Shown: piece after piece, positions 58,357-64,000 of the stretch
How the letters are laid out: every line of letters begins with the position of its first letter
Numbering within the stretch: the stretch's first letter is position 1
DNA from: Streptobacillus moniliformis DSM 12112
GTDB lineage: Bacteria > Fusobacteriota > Fusobacteriia > Fusobacteriales > Leptotrichiaceae
Direction: 5' to 3'
Length of the DNA: 64,000 bases
Assembly: GCF_000024565.1 (NCBI RefSeq)
Contig: NC_013515.1
Location: 786,497-850,496, forward strand
Made by a program: the position numbers and the translations under genes
Notes under the pieces: generated by a model
Seen by the model: the letters and a program-made list of their open reading frames with translations, nothing else
Databases searched by the model: none
What the model was told of the DNA's origin: nothing

Positions 58357-58992
58357 TTATTTTAAATTAGTTGAAATATCATCAACTAAAAATCTCCTTA
58401 CTCTCTTTAGTCCTTCATTATCTTTAAGCATTTTAAACATAACTCTACCCATAATAACAACATCATACATACTATTATGTAATTCATTTTCATCAACTGG
58501 TATATTATAATAATTAGCACATTCCATTAGTTTTGGCCATTTAAACGATGAATAATAACTGTTACTTGGAATTTTAACAATGTCTATATTTTCTAACATT
58601 GTATCAAATTGATACTTAAGTTTAAAAGGAATAAATTGTCTATCAAATCTGATGTTATGAGCAACAAAATGTTCGGCATTATCACAAAATTCAAAAAAAT
58701 TAACTATATCTTCATTAAATGTTTTAGCATATTTAATTAAAGATAAATTTCTTCTTCTTTCTATTTCATCATCAAATAATCCATTAACATTTAATGCATC
58801 AAAATTTGGTTCTTCCCCTTCATTTCTAAAATAAAATCTATCAAATTCACCAAGTTTTACCATTTTATTTGTAATAGTGTCATATGTAACCTTCATCGCT
58901 GAAATTGATAGAACTGAATCAGTTGGATTTACACCATTAGTTTCAACGTCAAAAAATATAACTTTTTTTATCATCTCTTCACCCTTAATCAT
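58357..58992 (-). CDS. DEDDh 3'-5' exonuclease domain protein (DnaQ/epsilon-like)
   Basis: Exo [11 protein letters not shown], Exo II ([10 protein letters not shown]), Exo III H-x4-D (HNSMYDV). Confidence 0.85.
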   Translation of the reverse strand: MIKGEEMIKKVIFFDVETNGVNPTDSVLSISAMKVTYDTITNKMVKLGEFDRFYFRNEGEEPNFDALNVNGLFDDEIERRRNLSLIKYAKTFNEDIVNFFEFCDNAEHFVAHNIRFDRQFIPFKLKYQFDTMLENIDIVKIPSNSYYSSFKWPKLMECANYYNIPVDENELHNSMYDVVIMGRVMFKMLKDNEGLKRVRRFLVDDISTNLK

Positions 58993-60784
58993 TTAATTTA
59001 AGAACTGATAGGAATGCTTCTTGTGGAATTTCTACATTTCCTATAGCCTTCATACGTTTTTTACCTTCTTTTTGTTTTTCTAGTAATTTTTTCTTACGAG
59101 TAATATCTCCTCCATAACATTTAGCTAATACATTCTTTCTTAATGCCTTTACTGTTTCTCTTGCTATTACCTTAGTTCCTAATGCAGCTTGTAATGGAAT
59201 TTCAAATTGTTGTCTTGGTATAACTTCTTTTAATTTTTCAACTATAGATCTCCCCCTATAATATGCATTATCACTATGAGCTATAAATGAGAATGCATCC
59301 ACTGCTTGACCACTTACTAAAATATCAATTTTAACTAAATTAGATTCTCTAAATCCTATCATTTCATATTCAAAAGAAGCATACCCCTTAGTTCTTGATT
59401 TTAATTTATCATAAAAATCTATAACTATTTCAGCTAGAGGTAAATCATATACTATCATAGATCTATTTTCATCTAAGAAACTCATATTAACAAAAGTTCC
59501 ACGCTTTTCTTGACATAATTCCATAACATTACCTACATAATCTTTAGGTACTATAATAGTTCCTTTAATATATGGTTCTTCTATATGTTTTCTTCCTTCA
59601 GGAAATTCAGCAGGATTATCAATAATTAACATATTATTTGTACCTTCTACAGTAACATGGTATTCAACAGATGGTGCTGTTGAAATTAAATCAATTCCAA
59701 ATTCTCTTCTTAATCTTTCTACTATAATCTCCATATGTAATAAACCAAGGAATCCACAACGGAAACCAAAACCTAATGCTAAAGAAGTTTCAGGTTGATA
59801 TGTTAATGAAGCATCATTTAATTGTAATTTTTCTAAAGCTTCTCTTAAATCTTCATAATCATCTGTAGAAATAGGATAAACTCCAGCAAAAACCATGCTT
59901 TGTGCTGGTCTATATCCCTCTAAGGCAAATTCTGTAGGATTTTTAACTGTAGTTATAGTATCTCCAATTTGTGTATCTTTAATAGATTTAATACCTGTAA
60001 TTATATATCCTACTGAACCAGCGTATAGGATATCTCTTTCTTTCATTTTAGGTGAAAATACTCCTACTTCTAATACTTCAAATTCTCTACCTGTTGACAT
60101 AATTTTTATTTTTTCACCTTTTTTAATGCTTCCATCTAATACTCTAATATATGTAATTACTCCTCTAAAATCATCATAATGAGAATCAAAAATTAAAGCT
60201 TTTAGAGGTTTTTCAATACTTCCTTTAGGCTCAGGTATATATTTTACAATACCTTCTAATAAATTATCTATCCCAAATCCAGTTTTACCTGAAACCAATA
60301 TAGAATTATCAGTCGGTAGTCCTATTACATCTTCAATTTCTAACATAACCCTATCAGGATCTGCTGATGGTAAATCTATTTTATTTATAACTGGAAGAAT
60401 CTCTAAATCATTTTCTAATGCTAAATATACATTAGCAAGTGTTTGAGCCTCTATTCCTTGTGCAGCATCTACAACAAGTAATGCTCCATCACATGCTGCA
60501 AGAGATCTTGAAACTTCATATATGAAATCAACATGCCCTGGGGTATCTATTAAGTTTAATTCATATTCTTTTCCATCTTTTGCCTTATAATTTAAAGTAA
60601 CTGCCTGTGCTTTAATTGTAATTCCTTTTTCTCTTTCAAGATCCATACTATCTAATAATTGTTCTTTCATTTCTCTTTGACTTACAGTACCTGTAATCTC
60701 TAATAATCTATCTGCAATAGTAGATTTTCCATGATCTATATGTGCGATAATAGAGAAATTTCTTTTTAATTTTATATCTGACAT
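58985..60784 (-). CDS. lepA: Elongation factor 4
   Basis: G1 [27 protein letters not shown], LepA-specific C-terminal domain. Start at MSDIKLK (GGAGAGG RBS). The track's 14-codon N-terminal extension has no RBS. Confidence 0.93.
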   Translation of the reverse strand: MSDIKLKRNFSIIAHIDHGKSTIADRLLEITGTVSQREMKEQLLDSMDLEREKGITIKAQAVTLNYKAKDGKEYELNLIDTPGHVDFIYEVSRSLAACDGALLVVDAAQGIEAQTLANVYLALENDLEILPVINKIDLPSADPDRVMLEIEDVIGLPTDNSILVSGKTGFGIDNLLEGIVKYIPEPKGSIEKPLKALIFDSHYDDFRGVITYIRVLDGSIKKGEKIKIMSTGREFEVLEVGVFSPKMKERDILYAGSVGYIITGIKSIKDTQIGDTITTVKNPTEFALEGYRPAQSMVFAGVYPISTDDYEDLREALEKLQLNDASLTYQPETSLALGFGFRCGFLGLLHMEIIVERLRREFGIDLISTAPSVEYHVTVEGTNNMLIIDNPAEFPEGRKHIEEPYIKGTIIVPKDYVGNVMELCQEKRGTFVNMSFLDENRSMIVYDLPLAEIVIDFYDKLKSRTKGYASFEYEMIGFRESNLVKIDILVSGQAVDAFSFIAHSDNAYYRGRSIVEKLKEVIPRQQFEIPLQAALGTKVIARETVKALRKNVLAKCYGGDITRKKKLLEKQKEGKKRMKAIGNVEIPQEAFLSVLKLND

Positions 60785-60904
60785 TTTAACCTCTCCATAA
60801 CAGTATTCATTTTTATATTTTATCACAAATGTATATAAAAATAAAGTACATTAATATAATGTGATATGGAAGATAAGGTAATATTTATCATTTTTTCTTA
60901 TATG

Positions 60905-60933
60905 TTGAAATCTATTTATTTTTACGGTATAAT
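60905..60933 (+). promoter_or_regulatory. Sigma70 promoter for mscL
   Basis: -35 TTGAAA, 17-nt spacer, -10 TATAAT, then AGGAGG RBS. Confidence 0.55.
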
Positions 60934-60968
60934 GTATTTGTAATATAAATTAAGATCAGGAGGAAATC

Positions 60969-61367
60969 ATGTTAAAAGAATTTAAAGAATTTATTGCTAG
61001 AGGAAATATTTTAGATTTAGCTATAGGGGTTATTATTGGAGGTGCTTTTGGTAAAATAGTTGCTTCATTAGTAAATGATATAATAATGCCAATCATTGGA
61101 GTTATATTAGGTAATGTTAATTTTAAAACATTACAATTTGTATTAAAACCTGCTGAAGGTGATACACCTGCTTTAGCTATTAATTATGGGATGTTTATAC
61201 AAAATGTTGTTGACTTTTTAATTATTGCCATAGTAATTTTCACTATATTAAAAACATTGATGAAATTTAAAAAGGAAAAACCAGTTGAAAAACCTGCTCC
61301 AGCTGAACCTGTTTTAACTAAAGATCAAGAATTATTAATTGAAATAAGAGATTTATTAAAAAAATAA
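60969..61367 (+). CDS. mscL: Large-conductance mechanosensitive channel
   Basis: MLKEFKEFIARGNILDLAIGVIIGGAFGKIVASLVNDIIMPIIG. Confidence 0.95.
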   Translation: MLKEFKEFIARGNILDLAIGVIIGGAFGKIVASLVNDIIMPIIGVILGNVNFKTLQFVLKPAEGDTPALAINYGMFIQNVVDFLIIAIVIFTILKTLMKFKKEKPVEKPAPAEPVLTKDQELLIEIRDLLKK

Positions 61368-61385
61368 ATAATCTATAATATACAA

Positions 61386-61422
61386 AAAGGAGAACTTTAC
61401 GAAATGTACATTCTCCTTTTTT
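61386..61422. terminator. Bidirectional terminator between mscL (+) and the lipoprotein PPIase gene (-)
   Basis: AAGGAGAA ... TTCTCCTT 8-bp stem (large loop) flanked by A5 and T6. Confidence 0.5.
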
Positions 61423-61430
61423 ATATATTC

Positions 61431-62108
61431 TTATTCTTTTATTTCATATCCTGTATCTTTTAGTTTTTGTGTCCATTCTTTTATTTCTTCTTCAAAGTTT
61501 TTTAAGAAATCATTTACATCATATCCTAAAATTTCAATATCTAATATAGAATCATCTTGTCTAATTAATCTCGCAATTGATAAATCATTTCTATCTCTTA
61601 AATTTCCAATAATAGAATACTCATCATTGTAGTCTTCAGCTTTTTGTAATGTTATAAATATTTGTGAACCATTAGTATTTTTTCCAGCATTTGCCATAGC
61701 AAGCATTCCAGCTCTATCAAATCTTAAGAAACTAAATTCATCATCTAATAAATATCCTGGATTTCCTGTACCATTTCCAGCTCTATCTCCAGATTGTATA
61801 ATATTATTTACACTAACTCTATGAAATTTTAAATTATCATAGTAATCATTAGTCGCTAAAAATACAAAGTTAGCAACTAATTTTGGTGCAGCTTCAGGAT
61901 ATAAATAAACATTTATATTACCTTTAGTTGTTTTTATTATTGCTTCAAGTTTATATGTTCTCATTTTATTAGCAAATTTTTCTTCTTCTGTTAAATTAAA
62001 TAATTTTTCTCCTAAAAAGCTTGTTAAAAATTTTTCACCAGCACTACTACAACTTACCACGAAAAGGGAAAAACAAGCAACAAATAGTAATTTTACAATT
62101 TTCTTCAT
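61431..62108 (-). CDS. Peptidyl-prolyl cis-trans isomerase, cyclophilin type, lipoprotein (exported)
   Basis: Lipobox VVSCSS. LKFHRVSVNNIIQSGDRAGNGTGNPGY and NTNGSQIFIT motifs. Confidence 0.88.
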   Translation of the reverse strand: MKKIVKLLFVACFSLFVVSCSSAGEKFLTSFLGEKLFNLTEEEKFANKMRTYKLEAIIKTTKGNINVYLYPEAAPKLVANFVFLATNDYYDNLKFHRVSVNNIIQSGDRAGNGTGNPGYLLDDEFSFLRFDRAGMLAMANAGKNTNGSQIFITLQKAEDYNDEYSIIGNLRDRNDLSIARLIRQDDSILDIEILGYDVNDFLKNFEEEIKEWTQKLKDTGYEIKE

Positions 62109-62112
62109 TTTT

Positions 62113-62505
62113 TCACCTATAAATATTGAAACCTTCTACCATATTTTCAATATCTACTTTTTCCTTTCTATTAAAATTAAATATATTAAAATTAAATTCT
62201 TCTACTTTAAGTGAACTTAATAATTTCATTTCCTCATTTTCTGAAACTAATAAATCATAAATAACTAATAAGTCTAATACTTCATCGTTTGAACTAACAA
62301 CCTCCACAATTTGTATAAGTCTTCTATTATTAATATTTAAACTTTCTTTCAGTATTTCATTTGCAAGTCTTTTATTAGCTATTGCATTATATAAGTTAGA
62401 TTCTAAATTATTTAAAACTATACCAAATAGTATATTGGGTCTTTGAGGTTTTTTAATTTTTACTATTGCCATTAAATCTCCTTCCTTTAAGTGTAATTTT
62501 ATCAT
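62113..62505 (-). CDS. Hypothetical protein (130 aa)
   Basis: No recognisable motif. Lies between maf and the PPIase gene, 4 nt from the downstream gene. Confidence 0.4.
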   Translation of the reverse strand: MIKLHLKEGDLMAIVKIKKPQRPNILFGIVLNNLESNLYNAIANKRLANEILKESLNINNRRLIQIVEVVSSNDEVLDLLVIYDLLVSENEEMKLLSSLKVEEFNFNIFNFNRKEKVDIENMVEGFNIYR

Positions 62506-62532
62506 ATTAAGATTAGTATTTCAATCAATATT

Positions 62533-63114
62533 CTATATTTCATAAATTTTTCTTAATTCATTAAATACTTCTCTTATAGGAAGACCCATTACATTATGAT
62601 ATGAACCTTCAATTTTTTCTATTAAAATTGAACCTGCATCCTGTATTCCATATGCTCCAGCTTTATCAAATGGAGAGAAATTGTTAATATAATATTCTAT
62701 TGTTTCCTTAGAATTATTTGCAAAATATACTTTAGTTTTACATGTAAATTTTATAATATCATCATCATAAATAATACATACACCAGTAATAACTTCATGT
62801 ACATTATTATTTAATTCATATAACATTTTTAAAGATTTTTCCTTATTAGTTCCTTTTCCATATATTTTTTTATTAAAATACACTATTGTATCAGCTGAAA
62901 TAATAAGTTTATCTTTAATTCCTTTAAGTTCATTAAATGCTGTAACAGCTTTTTCTTCAGCTAATTTTAAAGTTAATTCTATAGGATCTTTTATATTTGT
63001 TTTTTTATTAAATTCATTTTCATCAAATTTTGGTACATGTATTTCAAAATTATTAATTATCATAGAAAGTATTTCTTTTCTTCTAGGTGATGAACTAGCT
63101 AAATATATTTTCAT
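62533..63114 (-). CDS. maf: Maf-family nucleoside triphosphate pyrophosphatase
   Basis: MKIYLASSSPRRKEIL, DT(I/V)V, E/K active-site residues. Start at MKIYLAS (AAAGGAG RBS). Confidence 0.9.
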   Translation of the reverse strand: MKIYLASSSPRRKEILSMIINNFEIHVPKFDENEFNKKTNIKDPIELTLKLAEEKAVTAFNELKGIKDKLIISADTIVYFNKKIYGKGTNKEKSLKMLYELNNNVHEVITGVCIIYDDDIIKFTCKTKVYFANNSKETIEYYINNFSPFDKAGAYGIQDAGSILIEKIEGSYHNVMGLPIREVFNELRKIYEI

Positions 63115-63164
63115 TTTAACTCCTTTATGCAAGAAATACCGATTAAATATAATCGGTATCTAAT

Positions 63165-63983
63165 TTATACTAACTCTTTAATAAATTCTTCCATCCACAT
63201 ACATAATTTCTTACTTGCCTCTTCTGCTATCTCTACTACCTCTTCATGTGAATGATTCCCTTCCCTTAATCCTGTAGCCATATTTGTTATACATGATATA
63301 CCTAATGTCTTTATACCTACATAATTTGCAACTATTGTTTCTGGTACTGTAGACATTCCTATAGCATCACTTCCTAATCTTCCATACATTCTTATTTCTG
63401 ATGCACTTTCATAATATGGTCCTTGGAAAAATGTATATACTCCTTTTTTTGTTTCTATACCTAATCTATCTGCTACTTTTTTTGCTCTCTCTCTTAACTC
63501 CAAACTATATGGCTCTGACATGTCTGGAAAACGCTGACCAAATCTCTCATCATTTGAACCTCTTAATGGATTATTTCCTACTCCATTAATAAAGTCTTCT
63601 ATTATCATTAAATCTCCTGGTTTAAATTCTGGATTTATCCCTCCACATGCATTAGTTACTATCATTTTATCTATACCTAATAACTTCATTACATATACTG
63701 GATAAGCTGTTTCTTTCATTGTATATCCTTCATAATAATGAAATCTTCCTTGCAATGCCATTACTCTTGTATTTCCTATTTTTCCAAAAACTAAATTCCC
63801 TGCATGTCCTACTACTGATATTTGTGGAAAGTTTGGTATATCTTTATATGATATATATTTCTTATCTTCCATTATATCTACTAATTTACCTAATCCACTT
63901 CCTAAAATTACTGCTATGTCTACTTTTGTATCAACCATTGATGATATGTAATCTGCACTCTCTTTTACTTTGTTGTAAAACAT
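63165..63983 (-). CDS. punA: Purine nucleoside phosphorylase (PNP-I / PunA family)
   Basis: ILGSGLG, HAGNLVFGKIGN, MSTVPE motifs. GAGGGAG RBS. Confidence 0.9.
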   Translation of the reverse strand: MFYNKVKESADYISSMVDTKVDIAVILGSGLGKLVDIMEDKKYISYKDIPNFPQISVVGHAGNLVFGKIGNTRVMALQGRFHYYEGYTMKETAYPVYVMKLLGIDKMIVTNACGGINPEFKPGDLMIIEDFINGVGNNPLRGSNDERFGQRFPDMSEPYSLELRERAKKVADRLGIETKKGVYTFFQGPYYESASEIRMYGRLGSDAIGMSTVPETIVANYVGIKTLGISCITNMATGLREGNHSHEEVVEIAEEASKKLCMWMEEFIKELV

Positions 63984-64000
63984 CTATTCTCCCTCTCTTT

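Noticed and set aside
60785-60826. 14-codon N-terminal extension of lepA ([14 protein letters not shown]) in the ORF track.
   Set aside because: The conserved LepA N-terminus begins at [13 protein letters not shown], which is preceded by a GGAGAGG RBS. The extension has no RBS and no conservation.

Overview
AT-rich (~27% GC) bacterial chromosomal window, Fusobacterium/Firmicutes-like, translation table 11 (TGA, TAA and TAG all occur as stops). It is gene-dense. A MacAB-type tripartite ABC efflux cluster lies at the 5' end. A long plus-strand ribosome-biogenesis supraoperon follows: yhbY, DUF212, tlyA, ctpA, rsmI, rbgA, a DEAD-box helicase, ppc, tyrS and trxB. Next come smpB-rnr and cell-wall genes (amidase, yajC). 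The 22.8-25.8 kb region holds a YeeE/YedE-TusA sulfur- or selenium-trafficking cluster with an unusual thioredoxin-reductase-like fusion. After that come an ABC-F ATPase, nudix, mgtE, cyclophilins, coaBC, galU, truB, a two-component system, two U32 peptidases and dnaB-rplI-dnaX. A decayed IS remnant (IS481-like transposase N-terminal fragment plus a 20-bp inverted-repeat pair) sits next to an orphan ~1070-aa FtsX-type permease carrying a ~350-aa coiled-coil insert. The window ends with glnN (GS type III), lepA, mscL, maf and punA. I found no rRNA, tRNA or CRISPR. The observations I rate highest are: (i) a ~295-nt GC-enriched, promoter-to-terminator structured leader upstream of a GNAT-CDF fusion transporter, a riboswitch or attenuator candidate of unidentified class; (ii) the split-YeeE/TusA/TrxR-like/TusA-like cluster; (iii) an operon of a thymidine kinase bearing a 150-aa C-terminal extension, a secreted protein and a giant coiled-coil FtsX permease with no ATPase partner; (iv) two probable pseudogenes, nnr with a single in-frame TAA and a small exported protein frameshifted at an A8 run.
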